Below, in pieces: positions 50,038 to 61,690 of a stretch of DNA of 64,000 nt. Made by a program: the position numbers and the translations under genes. Numbering within the stretch: the first letter of the stretch is position 1; every line of letters starts with the position of its first letter. The DNA lies in contig JAZAMN010000008.1 in the NCBI GenBank assembly GCA_036229005.1, forward strand, positions 32,001 to 96,000, in the 5' to 3' direction. The notes under the pieces are model-generated. The model was not told the origin of the DNA and made no database searches. It saw only the letters and a list, made by a program, of their open reading frames with translations. This DNA comes from Myxococcota bacterium. GTDB taxonomy: Bacteria > Myxococcota_A > UBA796 > CAJQPC01.

Positions 50038-51516
50038 TCAGTCCATGTACCCCAATGCCCGCAGCCGCTCGCGCTCCGCCTCGCTCAGTCCGACCTCCTG
50101 CATGGCCGCTCCGGTGTGGGTCAGCGGGCCGCTCTGCTGTCCGGCCTTCACGGGCGGCTGCTCGCCGTGCTGGAGCTGGGCATCGACGGGGATCACGGCA
50201 AAGTCCAGGGGCTGGCCCACCTCCCAGGGCTGCGTCTGCAGCGCCCCTTGGGCGAAGATCGCTGCGTCCTGGGCGACGACGAGGCCAGGCTGGGCGTGCC
50301 AGGGGGTGCCCAGGGCGGAGATCAGCTCGGCCTCCAGGCGGGCGCGGTCCTCGGGGCGCTGGGCGGCCACGTCCTGGGTCTCCAGGGCGTCGGCGTAGAG
50401 GCGCTGGGTGCCGCTGACCAGGTCCCAGTCCAGGCGCAGGCCGTGGGCGTACCAGCCCAGGCGGTTGGTCTCAAAGCGGCTGGTGTCGCCCAGCAGGCCG
50501 CGCGCCGGGATGTCCTCGCCGGTGGAGAGGTTGTCCCAGAGGCTCAGGCCATCTCCGGTCCAGCCCTCCCCCAGGAGGGCGGCCAAGGTGGGGGCGATGT
50601 CCTGGGTGGCTACGGCCCCCTCCTCGACCTGGACCTTCACGCCGGGGCCCTGGACGATCAGCGGGACGTGGAGCTGCTCGGGGTTGAGGGTGTGGGCGTG
50701 GCCCCAGCTCCCGCGCTCGCCGAACTCTTCGCCGTGGTCGGCGGTCACCACGATCAGCGGCTGGCGGCCGGCGGCCCAGAAGGACTCGACGAGCTGGCGG
50801 AAGGCGTGGTCGACGTAGGCGATCTCCTCGTCGTACTGGGCGATCTGGTGCGCCATCTGCTCGTCGCCGACGGGGTGCTCCAGGTAGCGGAAGTAGTTCT
50901 TGTAGCGCAGGTCGCCCTTTTGGCCCTTGCGGTCGTACTTCTCCTCCCAGTCGCCGGGGGCGGCGTAGGGGTAGTGGACGTCGTAGACGTGCAGGAACAG
51001 GAACACCGGCTCGCCGGGGTGGTCGGCGGTGAACTGGGCGGCCGCGCCAAAGACCTGCTCGGCGTCGACGGTGCCCTTGAGGTTGTTCTTGCGGTTGACC
51101 CCGAAGTCGTCAAAGCGCTCAAAGCCGCGGGAGAACCCGAACTTGCGGCCCACAAAGAGGGTGGCCACGGCGGCCCCGGTGGCGTAGCCGGCCTGGGCGA
51201 AGCGCTCCTGGATCAAGGGCACCTGGTCGGGGATCCCGCCGCCGTCGTCGACCACGCCGTGGTGGATGGGGAGCTGCCCGCTCAGCATGGTGGTGTGGGT
51301 GGGCAGGGTCCAGGGGCTGGGGCTGCGCGCGCTCTCGTAGCGGGTGCCCTTGGCGGCGAGCTCGTCCAGGAAGGGCGTGGTGTCGCGGTGGTAGCCGTAG
51401 GCGCCCACGTGGTCGGCCCGCAGGGTGTCGATGGACAGCAGGATGACGTCGGGCTGGGCCCCACCGGCCGGGATGTCCGGGGTCTTGGTGCAGGCGAGCA
51501 GGAGGAGCCAGGTCAT
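50038..51516 (-). CDS. sulfatase-family lipoprotein
   Basis: MTWLLLLAC; SIDTLRADH, SPWTLPTH, HVYDVHYPY, TADHGEEF, HVPLI. Confidence 0.88.
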   Translation of the reverse strand: MTWLLLLACTKTPDIPAGGAQPDVILLSIDTLRADHVGAYGYHRDTTPFLDELAAKGTRYESARSPSPWTLPTHTTMLSGQLPIHHGVVDDGGGIPDQVPLIQERFAQAGYATGAAVATLFVGRKFGFSRGFERFDDFGVNRKNNLKGTVDAEQVFGAAAQFTADHPGEPVFLFLHVYDVHYPYAAPGDWEEKYDRKGQKGDLRYKNYFRYLEHPVGDEQMAHQIAQYDEEIAYVDHAFRQLVESFWAAGRQPLIVVTADHGEEFGERGSWGHAHTLNPEQLHVPLIVQGPGVKVQVEEGAVATQDIAPTLAALLGEGWTGDGLSLWDNLSTGEDIPARGLLGDTSRFETNRLGWYAHGLRLDWDLVSGTQRLYADALETQDVAAQRPEDRARLEAELISALGTPWHAQPGLVVAQDAAIFAQGALQTQPWEVGQPLDFAVIPVDAQLQHGEQPPVKAGQQSGPLTHTGAAMQEVGLSEAERERLRALGYMD

Positions 51517-52862
51517 TTCGGCAGGTACCCAGGCAGGAGGAACCAGGTCATCAGCGGCGTGCAGATGAGCAGGAGCAGGGTCGCGGCGACCAGGCGCCAG
51601 CGGGTGGCGCCCAGGGTCTGGAGGGTGCCCTTGGGGTCGGCGGCCAGGGCGGCGGTGAACACCAGGAACAGAGCGTCCAGAGGCACGCGGTAGCGGGAGA
51701 GGCCGGCGACCAGGCCGATGGCGGCGACGTGGTAGCCGACGATCAGCAGGGGCACCCACAGGCGCCAGGAGCGGGCCTTGCCGAAGGCGCCCACGATGCC
51801 GCCCAGCACGGCCGCGAAGGACCAGAGCCAGGTGGCCCACAGGATGGGCTCGCCGATCCACGCGGGCAGGTCCCAGCGCCCCTGGCGGATGTGCCGGGTG
51901 ACGAAGGAGTTGGGGTTGAAGAGCTGGGCCCAGCGCAGGGGGATGCGGCGGATGAACTCGCCAGGGTTGGCCGCGATCCAGGCCTTTCCGTTGGCGGTCT
52001 CGCAGGCGTCCCAGGCCTTGACCCCCAGCTCCAGATCGCAGTGGGGGCGCCCGGCGGCCGTGTGGGCGTCGTACTGGGTGACGTGCAGCGGCCCGACCCC
52101 GTAGTCGAAGGTGACCGGCGCAAAGTCGTTGTTCCCCAGCCACATCATCTGGCCCAGGGTCGCGTCCGAGAGGATCAGGCCCCCGAACCTGGCGCTCGCG
52201 TAGGCCGCGTAGGGAGCGACCACCGCCGCCGCGCCCAAGACCAGCGCCCCGGCGCCCAGCCAGGCCTTGGGCTCCTTGTGGCGCGCCCAGAGGAGGCCCA
52301 GAGCGAACAGCGGCAGCATGTAGGTGGCCACGCCGCGGAAGAGCACGCAGGTCCCCACCAGCACGCCGGGCAACAGAGCGCGGGCGATGCCCCCCTTGCG
52401 CGCCCAGCCCAGGGTCCACAGCGCCCCCAGCAGCAGGGTGGTGTAGATCGACTCGCTCCACAGGTGCCCGGAGAAGAACACCAGGGTCGGCGAGCACGCC
52501 AGCAGCCACGCCGCCCAGCGCCCGGCCTTGGGCCCCGCCAGCTCCCGCGCCAGCAGGTAGCCAAAGAGGATGGCCGCGGAGAAGAGCAGGATCTGCGTGC
52601 CCACGATGCTCTCGGCGAACCCGGTGAGCTTGGCGTGGCCGGCCATCAGAGTGGGGTAGCCCGGCGCCCACAGCCAGCCCCGCTCGCTGGCGGTCATGCC
52701 CTGCCCCTTGACCATGTTCTTGGCCAGGTGCATGTAGGTGCACTCATCGCGCACGCAGGGGTCGGACTGCCACATGGCCAGGGGCAGCACGCGCAGGAAG
52801 GCCCCCACGAGCATGGCCCACCACAGGGAGAAGTCACGGGTCCAGCGGGGGTCGTCGGCCAT
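51513..52862 (-). CDS. ArnT/GT39-like membrane glycosyltransferase
   Basis: RDECTY..LA, APGYP, WSESIY, RYRVP; multi-TM. Confidence 0.75.
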   Translation of the reverse strand: MADDPRWTRDFSLWWAMLVGAFLRVLPLAMWQSDPCVRDECTYMHLAKNMVKGQGMTASERGWLWAPGYPTLMAGHAKLTGFAESIVGTQILLFSAAILFGYLLARELAGPKAGRWAAWLLACSPTLVFFSGHLWSESIYTTLLLGALWTLGWARKGGIARALLPGVLVGTCVLFRGVATYMLPLFALGLLWARHKEPKAWLGAGALVLGAAAVVAPYAAYASARFGGLILSDATLGQMMWLGNNDFAPVTFDYGVGPLHVTQYDAHTAAGRPHCDLELGVKAWDACETANGKAWIAANPGEFIRRIPLRWAQLFNPNSFVTRHIRQGRWDLPAWIGEPILWATWLWSFAAVLGGIVGAFGKARSWRLWVPLLIVGYHVAAIGLVAGLSRYRVPLDALFLVFTAALAADPKGTLQTLGATRWRLVAATLLLLICTPLMTWFLLPGYLPK

Positions 52863-52871
52863 CGCGGGCGT

Positions 52872-53738
52872 CTAACCGGTCTCCGTCTGCCAGCGGGCCA
52901 CTTCCTGCCGAAGGAAGTCCAGCACCGCGCGCAGCCGCGGCACCCCCCGGAGCTGGTGGTGGAACACCGCCCAGGCCTGCTCCTGTCCCGGGAGGGTCTG
53001 AAGCCGCTGCCAGCCCATGCCCCGGCCGATCAGGTCGCCCACCACCATCGCCCCAAGCCCTCGGTCGACCGCCTGGATCTGCACGCTCAAGGAGTTGCTG
53101 CGCAAGGCCCAGGAGGGGGAGGGATCCAGGTCCGCGAGCATCCTGGCCTGCCGAATGTGGCTGAACTCCACACTCCAACCCACCCAACGCGTCGGCATCG
53201 GCGAGGACAGGCTGGCCGCGAACGCCGGGTGCGCCCACACCCCGACGCCGCCCTCCCAGAGCTGGACCCCCACCAGCTCGGGGTGGGTTGGGGCGGCGGT
53301 GCGCAGGGCGAGCTCGGCCTGGCCGGCGACCAGGTCCACCACCCGCGCGGACTCCAGCAGCTCGACGTAGAGCTCGGGGTACTGGGCGTGCAGGCGGGGC
53401 AGGGCGGGCAGCAGCAGGAGCTCGGCGGCGCCGGGGGGGATGGCCACGCGCAGGCTGCCGCTGGGGGCGGCGTCCAGGGTGGCCAGAGCGCTGCGCAGAC
53501 CCCGGGCGCTGCGCTCCATGGCCTGGGCGTGGGGCAGGGCCTGCTCGCCGGCGGGGGTCAGGCTCAGGCCGCGGGGCCCCCGGTCAAAGAGGCGGTGGCC
53601 CAGGGCGTGCTCCAGGGCGGCCAGGCGGCGGGAGAGGGTGGCTTGGCCCAAGCCCAGCTCCCGGGCGGCTTCAGTCAGCGTGCCGCAGCGCGCGGCCACG
53701 GCAAAGAGCTGCAGGTCTCGCCAGAGTGCGGCGTCCAC
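52872..53738 (-). CDS. LysR-family transcriptional regulator
   Basis: WRDLQLFAVAARCGTLTEAARELGLGQATLSRRLAALE..LFDR..LTPAG. Confidence 0.92.
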   Translation of the reverse strand: MDAALWRDLQLFAVAARCGTLTEAARELGLGQATLSRRLAALEHALGHRLFDRGPRGLSLTPAGEQALPHAQAMERSARGLRSALATLDAAPSGSLRVAIPPGAAELLLLPALPRLHAQYPELYVELLESARVVDLVAGQAELALRTAAPTHPELVGVQLWEGGVGVWAHPAFAASLSSPMPTRWVGWSVEFSHIRQARMLADLDPSPSWALRSNSLSVQIQAVDRGLGAMVVGDLIGRGMGWQRLQTLPGQEQAWAVFHHQLRGVPRLRAVLDFLRQEVARWQTETG

Positions 53739-53857
53739 AAAGAGCCATCCATTTATGAATAGCAGGGTGCCAGTTTGGGCTATAGCTTGTCCATAACGGA
53801 TGGACAAAGTTGTGGACAAGCCCCGGGCGCTGGAGCCCGGGTTCAGGAGTTGTCCCC

Positions 53858-54739
53858 ATGTCCCTGCTCGCCTCTCTGCTCCCCGCCCTGCTCTCCGGCT
53901 GCGCGACCCCCCACCTGCCTGCGGCGCCCGTCGCGCTGGAGTCGGCCCCGGTGACCTCGCCGGCGCCCGATGTGACGCTGGGCGTGGAGACGCACGTGAT
54001 GGCCTCGCTGATGCTGCCCAGCGCGGGGGTGCTGGACCTGCAGGATCCCAAGGCGGTGGACTACACAGCCCCGGAGACCGAGGTCCTCCTCCTCCTCCAC
54101 CTCATCGAGCACCCGCAGCACGGGGTGTTCGCCATCGACACGGGGGTGGGGCAGGCGCCCGGCGAGCGCGTGGGGGGCGTGGGGCCGCTGATGGGCGCGG
54201 TGCTCAAGGATCTGGAGGTCCAGGAGAGCACCGCGGAGGCCCTGGACGGGCGGGCGCTGGCGGGGGTGTGGATGACGCACCTGCACAGCGACCACGTGCT
54301 GGGGCTGCCCGACATCCCGGCGGACGTGCCGCTGTGGGTGGGGCCGGCGGAGGGAACGGATCGCAGCGGGCAGAACCTCTTGCTGCGGCCGTGGATGAAG
54401 GACGCGTTCGGGGACCGGGCGCTGCAGGCGGTGGACCCGGCGCAGGCGCAGGCTTTTGGGCCGGTGGAGCTGGCCTGGGACTTCTTCGGGGACGGCTCGC
54501 TGTGGCTGCTGAGCACCCCGGGGCACACGGCGGGGAGCCTGGCGATCTGGGCGCGGACGGACCAAGGACCGGTGCTGTTTGTGGGCGACAACTCGCACAC
54601 GCGCTGGGGCTGGGAGCACGACGTGGCGCCCGGCAGCTACACCCACGACCACGCGGGGAACCGGGAGAGCCTGGGGGTGCTCAAGGAGCTGGCGGCGCTG
54701 GATCCGGCGACGCGGGTGGTGTTTGGGCACCAGCTCTGA
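53858..54739 (+). CDS. metallo-beta-lactamase-fold hydrolase lipoprotein (AHL-lactonase-like)
   Basis: IDTG, THLHSDH, DFFGDGS, TPGHTAG, VGD, FGH; divergent from LysR. Confidence 0.85.
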   Translation: MSLLASLLPALLSGCATPHLPAAPVALESAPVTSPAPDVTLGVETHVMASLMLPSAGVLDLQDPKAVDYTAPETEVLLLLHLIEHPQHGVFAIDTGVGQAPGERVGGVGPLMGAVLKDLEVQESTAEALDGRALAGVWMTHLHSDHVLGLPDIPADVPLWVGPAEGTDRSGQNLLLRPWMKDAFGDRALQAVDPAQAQAFGPVELAWDFFGDGSLWLLSTPGHTAGSLAIWARTDQGPVLFVGDNSHTRWGWEHDVAPGSYTHDHAGNRESLGVLKELAALDPATRVVFGHQL

Positions 54740-54787
54740 GCGCAACCCCGGGGGGGCCTCTGGCATCCTGCGGACAACGGAGGTCCC

Positions 54788-55585
54788 TTGCTCGCTCTAC
54801 TGCTGACCCTGGCCTGCGCTTCGGACACCCCGCTGGAGTCGGACAGCGCGGTGGAGGCCGACGCGGACACCGACGCCGACTCGGACACCGACACCGACGC
54901 GGATACCGATGCTGACGCCGACACGGACGTGCAGGTCGCCCTGACGGGGGTGATCACGGACCTGGACGGGGACCCCCTGACCGGCGCCCGCGTGCAGCTC
55001 TGTCAGGAGTCGTGTTGGTTCGCCGAGACGGACGCCACGGGGGCCTACACCTTCGGGGACCTGCCGGTGCAGACCTACGCCTGGGAGGTCGTGCCCGTCG
55101 GCGAGGACTGGCCGGTCGCGCTCGCGCCCTTGACCCTGAGCGAGGGGCTCTCCGTCGACCTGGCCATGCCCCGCTTGAACACGGGGGCGGCGATGCCTGA
55201 GACCCCCACCGAGGTGTCTCCGACGCCTGGCCTGTGGCTGACGATCTCCGGAGGCGAGCTCACGCTGCCCTTTGGCGCGGATGGGAGCATGGTGCGGGGC
55301 GCGCCGATCCCGCTGGAGCACCTGCCGCCGACCGAGGGGGTGAGCGGGACGATCGTGGGGGGCTGGTATCTGACCCCCTTCGACGCCCACCACGACGCTG
55401 GCGGAGTGCCCTTCCGGGTGGACGCCGCGCGCCTGGGGATCGGCGACGGAACCCAGGTGGAAGTCTGGTTCTCCCGCTACCTGGAGGCGGACTGGGTGCG
55501 GCTCGGGCCCTTCACCGTCCAGGACGGGCGGCTGGAGGGTACGGGGCTCTCCGTACTCTCTACGCTGCTGATCACGACGCCCTGA
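54788..55585 (+). CDS. lipoprotein with Asp-rich linker and carboxypeptidase-regulatory-like domain
   Basis: [20 protein letters not shown] repeat; [25 protein letters not shown]. Confidence 0.75.
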   Translation: MLALLLTLACASDTPLESDSAVEADADTDADSDTDTDADTDADADTDVQVALTGVITDLDGDPLTGARVQLCQESCWFAETDATGAYTFGDLPVQTYAWEVVPVGEDWPVALAPLTLSEGLSVDLAMPRLNTGAAMPETPTEVSPTPGLWLTISGGELTLPFGADGSMVRGAPIPLEHLPPTEGVSGTIVGGWYLTPFDAHHDAGGVPFRVDAARLGIGDGTQVEVWFSRYLEADWVRLGPFTVQDGRLEGTGLSVLSTLLITTP

Positions 55586-55622
55586 CCTCAAGGGTGGGGG
55601 GTCGGGGTTCGATGCGCTCTGT

Positions 55623-56999
55623 GTGACGACGAAGACCCCAACGCCGAACGCCGCGCAGCCCTGGAGCCTGGGCACTCTGCTGCGCGTGCTGGTTCTACCT
55701 GCCCCGCTCCTTCCCCTCGGGGTCCTCTTGGGGACCGCCGGGCCGGAGGGTCCAGATCCAACGCTGCTGGGTCGCGCGCTCATGGTCGGCGTCGCCCTGC
55801 TGTTGGTGGTGGGCGTGCTGTTGGAGCGCCTTCGCAGCGTCGGCATGGGGGTGCTCCGGGAGCGGGAGCGGGAGCTCTCCGAGGCGCTGGAGCGGGCCGA
55901 GGCGGGCAACCGCGCCAAGGACGCCTTCATGGCGAACATCAGCCACGAGGTGCGCACGCCCTTGAACGGGGTGCTGGGCATGACGCGCCTGCTGCTGGAT
56001 GGCCCCTTGGACTCGGAGCAGCGCGAGCTGGCGGAGTCCGGGCTGCGCTCTGGCGAAGACCTGCTGGGGCTGCTCACCCAGCTCCTGGATCTGGGCCGCC
56101 TGAGCGCCCGCCGCCTGGAGCTGGACCCCCGGCCGCTGTCGCTGTCCCAGTTCATGCAGGCGCTGGAGCAGCAGCACAGCGCGCGGGCCCAGAGCGTGGG
56201 GCTGGACTGGCGGGTCGAGGCCGATCTGCCCACCACCCAGATCTGGGTGCTCGCGGACGCGCCTCGACTGGAGCAGCTCGTGCAGGCCCTGGTGGACAAC
56301 GCCTTCAAGTTCACTCCGGACGGCGGGGTGCGGGTGACGCTGGCCTGGGATGGCGTGCTCCAGGTGGACGTGCAGGACACGGGCATCGGCATCCCCGAGA
56401 CGAACTGGGCGGCGCTGTTCGACCCCTTCTCGCAGGTGGACGGCAGCAGCACGCGGCGCTTTGGCGGCAGCGGCATGGGCCTGGCCATCGCGCAGCGGCT
56501 CTCCCGCCTGATGGGCGGAGATCTGAGCCTGCGCTCGACGGTGGGGCAGGGCAGCACCTTCACCCTGCGCTTGCCTCTGGAGGCCTGCGCGGCGCCCGAG
56601 CCCATGGTGGTCCCCGACGTAGACGCGCCCCTGAGGATCCTGCTGGTGGAGGACAACCCCGTGAACCAGCTCCTGGCGCGGCGCCTGCTGGAGCGTCACG
56701 GCCACCACGTGGAGGTCGCGGAGAACGGGGCCGTGGGTGTGGAGGCTGTCTCGGCCCACCGCTTCGACCTGGTGCTCATGGACTGCCAGATGCCCATCAT
56801 GGATGGCTACGAGGCCACCCGTAGGATCCGCGAGCTGGGCACACGCCTGCCCATCGTGGCGCTCACCGCCAACGCGATGGCCGGCGACCGGGAGCGCTGC
56901 CTGGCCGCCGGGATGGACGACTACCTGACCAAGCCGGTGGACCCGGAGCTGCTGGAGAGCACGATCCGGCAGCTCACCGGGGTGGAGCTGGCCGCGTAG
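55623..56999 (+). CDS. hybrid histidine kinase with receiver domain
   Basis: [41 protein letters not shown]. Confidence 0.92.
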   Translation: MTTKTPTPNAAQPWSLGTLLRVLVLPAPLLPLGVLLGTAGPEGPDPTLLGRALMVGVALLLVVGVLLERLRSVGMGVLRERERELSEALERAEAGNRAKDAFMANISHEVRTPLNGVLGMTRLLLDGPLDSEQRELAESGLRSGEDLLGLLTQLLDLGRLSARRLELDPRPLSLSQFMQALEQQHSARAQSVGLDWRVEADLPTTQIWVLADAPRLEQLVQALVDNAFKFTPDGGVRVTLAWDGVLQVDVQDTGIGIPETNWAALFDPFSQVDGSSTRRFGGSGMGLAIAQRLSRLMGGDLSLRSTVGQGSTFTLRLPLEACAAPEPMVVPDVDAPLRILLVEDNPVNQLLARRLLERHGHHVEVAENGAVGVEAVSAHRFDLVLMDCQMPIMDGYEATRRIRELGTRLPIVALTANAMAGDRERCLAAGMDDYLTKPVDPELLESTIRQLTGVELAA

Positions 57000-57012
57000 C
57001 CGCCCGCGCCGA

Positions 57013-57537
57013 TCAGCCCTTGCGGGAGCTGACGCCGGTGGCCTCGAACTCGAAGACCTTGCCGTCCTGGGCGTTGGTCTTCTCGGGCATGTTCTCGGGG
57101 TGCTCCGACTCGCTGGCCAGGTGCTCGATGAACTCGGGGTCCAGCTCGCGGACGGTGACGGTGCCCTCGACCATGCAGTCCTGACCAGCGATGTCCATGT
57201 CGACGCCGAAGGCGTGGTCCTTCATGAGCACGCGCATGGTCTTGTCCTGGTCGGCGATCACCATCCAGCAGCCCTTGGCCTGGCAGACCTCTCCGATCTT
57301 GCCGCTGACCTTGAGGGTCTTGCCCTGGTACTCAGCGGGGTTGGCCAGCAGGGTGGCGGCGGGGGTCACCTGCTCGACGGTGAACTCCTCTCCCCAGTGC
57401 TTCCAGCCGTCGGCGTCGGCCTCGGCCTTGGGGGCTGCGGCCATGTCGGCCTGCTCCTGGACCAGCGCGGCGGACTTCTCGTCCTTGCTCTGGGGGGGCT
57501 CGGTGCTGCAGGCAAAGAGAAGCGTGAGGATCAGCAT
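57013..57537 (-). CDS. DUF4920-like OB-fold lipoprotein
   Basis: LLFAC; VSGKIGEVCQAKGCWM..MKDHAFGV. Confidence 0.75.
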   Translation of the reverse strand: MLILTLLFACSTEPPQSKDEKSAALVQEQADMAAAPKAEADADGWKHWGEEFTVEQVTPAATLLANPAEYQGKTLKVSGKIGEVCQAKGCWMVIADQDKTMRVLMKDHAFGVDMDIAGQDCMVEGTVTVRELDPEFIEHLASESEHPENMPEKTNAQDGKVFEFEATGVSSRKG

Positions 57538-57608
57538 GTCGGATCTCCTGTTGAGCCGGCGATTAACCCGCCCGCCGCGCGAGATCCCCTCTCGGACAGG
57601 GGGTGCGA

Positions 57609-58055
57609 CTATTCGTCCTCCACCGCCTCATCGATCGTGCGCTCCAGCACCGGCTCGGCCTGGGGGCGGGGCGCGTCCTGGAAGCGCGCCGCCAGCGCCG
57701 CGATGGCGTCCTTGTCCATCCCGCAGGGGGCCGGCAGGGGGAACTGGCCGGGGTTGTCGGTGGGCACCAGGTGCACGTGCACGTGGGGGACCTCCCAGCC
57801 CATGACCGTGACGATCACGCGCTCGCAGCCCATGCGGGCCTGGATCTTGGCCTCCACCCGCCGCACGGCCTCCCACAGGGCGCCGTACTCCGCCGGGCTC
57901 AGGTCGAAGAGGTAGTCGACCTCGCGCTTGGGGATCACCAGGGTGTGCCCGGGGGCCACGGGCCGGATGTCCAGGAAGGCCAGGTGGTGCTCGTCCTCCC
58001 AGACCTTGTGGCAGGGGATCTCGCCAGCGACGATGCGGGAGAAGATGCTGGGCAT
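57609..58055 (-). CDS. HIT-family nucleotide hydrolase
   Basis: SIFSRIVAGEIP, FLDIRP..GHTLVIPK, VPHVHVHLVP. Confidence 0.93.
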   Translation of the reverse strand: MPSIFSRIVAGEIPCHKVWEDEHHLAFLDIRPVAPGHTLVIPKREVDYLFDLSPAEYGALWEAVRRVEAKIQARMGCERVIVTVMGWEVPHVHVHLVPTDNPGQFPLPAPCGMDKDAIAALAARFQDAPRPQAEPVLERTIDEAVEDE

Positions 58056-58185
58056 GGGCGCTCCAAGTCAGGTGTCCTGGCGGCAGCATAGCGACTGGGA
58101 CGGGCGCTCGGGCGCTGGGGTCCGGGGGCGGCCTTAGGGGAGGCTCGGCCCTCCGGCGTTATCGGCGCTCACCCCGGAGAATCCG

Positions 58186-59322
58186 ATGTTGCTGCTGCTG
58201 CTCGCCCTCGACGCGCTCCCCACCCAGTATGTCCACGGCGACGTGGTGCGGGTCCGCGACTTCCCCGCCGAGAGCGCCGGCATCACCGCCCGGCTGCGCA
58301 TCAACACCCCCGTCAGCGTGCTGAGTCGCCAGGGCGACTGGGCGCGTGTGCGCATGGACCAGGGGCTCTTCGTGGCGGACCCGGTCGTGGGCTACGTCCA
58401 CGGCTCTTTGCTGGGGGAGGCTCCCTTGGAGGCCCAGGAGCTCCGAGCCGCCGCCGAAGCCGGAGACCGCAGCGCCGCCACCCGCCTGGAGGCCCTGGAG
58501 CCCACCCGGCGCTCCAGCGTCGAGCTCGCCGTCTGCCAGCGCCTGGATCAAGGCCCCAACCGCGCGCTGCACCTGGGCCGCTGGACCCCCGGTGAGCCCC
58601 TCGGCGAACAGGACTGGCTCAGCGAGAGTCAGCGCACCCCGGGGCCGCTGGGCGCGCTGGGCTGGCAGCTCCTGGACGCCGTCGAGGGCCCCGCCGCGCC
58701 GATCTCCGGCACCCCCTTCCCGCGCCCCTACCTGAGCTACGTCTACAACGAGGGCCCGTCCACCGCCCTGCGGCCCAGCCCCCAAATCCCCGCGATCGGC
58801 GGTGACGAGAAGGACCTGGTCGTCCTGGGCCCCTGCCCTGGGGAGGAGGGGGACTGGCTGGTGAGCGGACCTCTGGAGCCCACCGCTCTGGTCCAGGACC
58901 CCGCCCGCACGGAGCGGATGCTGCACAACGCCAGCGAGGTCAGGCTGGGCGAGATCACCTGGGCCGGACACCTGGACGGCAGCGGCTCCCTGGTGGGCAC
59001 CGGCACGCCGGCCGGACTCCCCGGCGAGGTCCACCTGGTCCTGCGCACCCACGACGAGCCCGCCGAGTACGGCGACACCGTCCACAAGGTCCAGACCCTG
59101 GAGATCTTCATCGGCGGCGAGCCCGTGGCGCTCAGCGACTACCGCTGGGGCTTCGTGGAGAGCATGCGCTGGCTGCGGGACCCCCAGACCGGGACCTACC
59201 TGGGCCTGCTCCAGACCCACTGGACCAAGCACCCCTCCCGCGCCCAGGTGCTGGTCGAGGTGGACCCGGACAGCCGCCGCGTCACCCACCGGGTCGTCCA
59301 GACCTACGGCGTGGGCTGCTGA
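58186..59322 (+). CDS. exported protein with N-terminal SH3-like domain
   Basis: YVHGDVVRVRDFP..V.VLSRQGDWARV..GYV. Confidence 0.65.
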   Translation: MLLLLLALDALPTQYVHGDVVRVRDFPAESAGITARLRINTPVSVLSRQGDWARVRMDQGLFVADPVVGYVHGSLLGEAPLEAQELRAAAEAGDRSAATRLEALEPTRRSSVELAVCQRLDQGPNRALHLGRWTPGEPLGEQDWLSESQRTPGPLGALGWQLLDAVEGPAAPISGTPFPRPYLSYVYNEGPSTALRPSPQIPAIGGDEKDLVVLGPCPGEEGDWLVSGPLEPTALVQDPARTERMLHNASEVRLGEITWAGHLDGSGSLVGTGTPAGLPGEVHLVLRTHDEPAEYGDTVHKVQTLEIFIGGEPVALSDYRWGFVESMRWLRDPQTGTYLGLLQTHWTKHPSRAQVLVEVDPDSRRVTHRVVQTYGVGC

Positions 59323-59328
59323 GAGCGC

Positions 59329-60357
59329 TCAGGTGTGGGGGACCTGACCGCGCAGGTGCTCGGTGGGCAGCCCCCACTGGCGGAGCTGCTCGATCAGGGC
59401 GTCCTGGCGGCGCTCCTCGTCCTCCCAGCGGGCCAGGGTCGCCTGCCGCTCGCGGCGCAGGCGCACCGCGCCGAGCAGCATCAGGGGCACCATCAGCGCG
59501 AAGAAGCTGCCCTCGGCCGCGAAGGCCGCCAGCCACAGCCCGCTGTCCTGGAAGCGCTCCAGCCAGCGCTCCTCCAGCTCCACCGCGCCCAGGCCGGTCG
59601 CGGCGCGCAGCGAGGCGTTCATGGTCTGCCCGCGGGCCATCTCGGCGACCAGGACCTGTAGCCCGGGCTCACCGTGCTCGGAGGCGATCCAGTTGATCAG
59701 GTCGGCGGACTGGGCGTAGGCCAGATCGGCGCGGCGCGGGTCCCGGGGGAAGCCGTAGGAGAGGTCCTCCAGGGACAGCAGCCCGCCGCCCACCATCCCG
59801 CGGGCGATGCGCTCGGGGAGTTGGGGGCTGATCTCCCCGGCGTAGTACTGGGCCAGCCCCTCCTGCAGCCAGGTGGGCACCCGCCGCTCGCCGAAGGCGC
59901 GGCCCAGCAGGACGTGGATCAGCTCATGGTCCAGCACCTGGGCCAGGGGCTCGGCGGTGCCGGCGCGGGCGCCGGGGGCGTGCAGGTAGATCAGGCTGCG
60001 GTGGGGCCACGCAGTGCCCTCGGCCCAGTCGTGGGTCTTTCCGGGCTGCAGGCTGTGGAACTCGCGGTCGTCGTGGGCCAGCACGATGTCCATGCTGCGG
60101 CCGGTGCCCACGCCCAGACGCTGCGCGAGGGTGGGGATCCGGGTCTCGGTCAGGGCCAGGACCTGGTCGGCGGCCGCCCGGTCGCTGTTGCGCGCATAGA
60201 CCGTCGCGTAGGTGCCCACGAAGGCCCGGTATTCACCCGGGAGCGCCGGCATGGGCTCCAGCGCCACCGAGGTGTCCACGCTGGGCGCCGCCTCCCAGGA
60301 CTGGGCCTGAGCGGGGGAGAAGAGCAGGGAGAACCAGAACAGCAGGGCAGCGAGCAT
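59329..60357 (-). CDS. peptidase MA-like metallohydrolase
   Basis: Signal peptide; VLDHELIH..PTWLQEGLAQY..AYAQS; C-terminal TM. Confidence 0.82.
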   Translation of the reverse strand: MLAALLFWFSLLFSPAQAQSWEAAPSVDTSVALEPMPALPGEYRAFVGTYATVYARNSDRAAADQVLALTETRIPTLAQRLGVGTGRSMDIVLAHDDREFHSLQPGKTHDWAEGTAWPHRSLIYLHAPGARAGTAEPLAQVLDHELIHVLLGRAFGERRVPTWLQEGLAQYYAGEISPQLPERIARGMVGGGLLSLEDLSYGFPRDPRRADLAYAQSADLINWIASEHGEPGLQVLVAEMARGQTMNASLRAATGLGAVELEERWLERFQDSGLWLAAFAAEGSFFALMVPLMLLGAVRLRRERQATLARWEDEERRQDALIEQLRQWGLPTEHLRGQVPHT

Positions 60358-60483
60358 GGGGGGACTCTGTGCGCGGGGGCGTGCTGCGACAAGGCGCACG
60401 CCCCAGGAACGCAGTGTTGCACCGGCTGGGACTTGTCGCCAGATCCACCGGGTCAGCGCCCAGGATCGCGGACCGACCCGCCT

Positions 60484-61614
<1,131 letters not shown>

Positions 61615-61690
61615 TCGGGTCTCCGGAAGGCGGGGGCGGGCTGGGAACTTGTGGCCTCTCTGTGCCACGTCGCGTTCTATGATGCAGGGC

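Noticed and set aside
54855..54928. GACGCCGAC/GACACCGAC tandem DNA repeat (also 60594-60635)
   Set aside because: Encodes Asp-rich DADTD/DSDD linkers within proteins; not an independent element.
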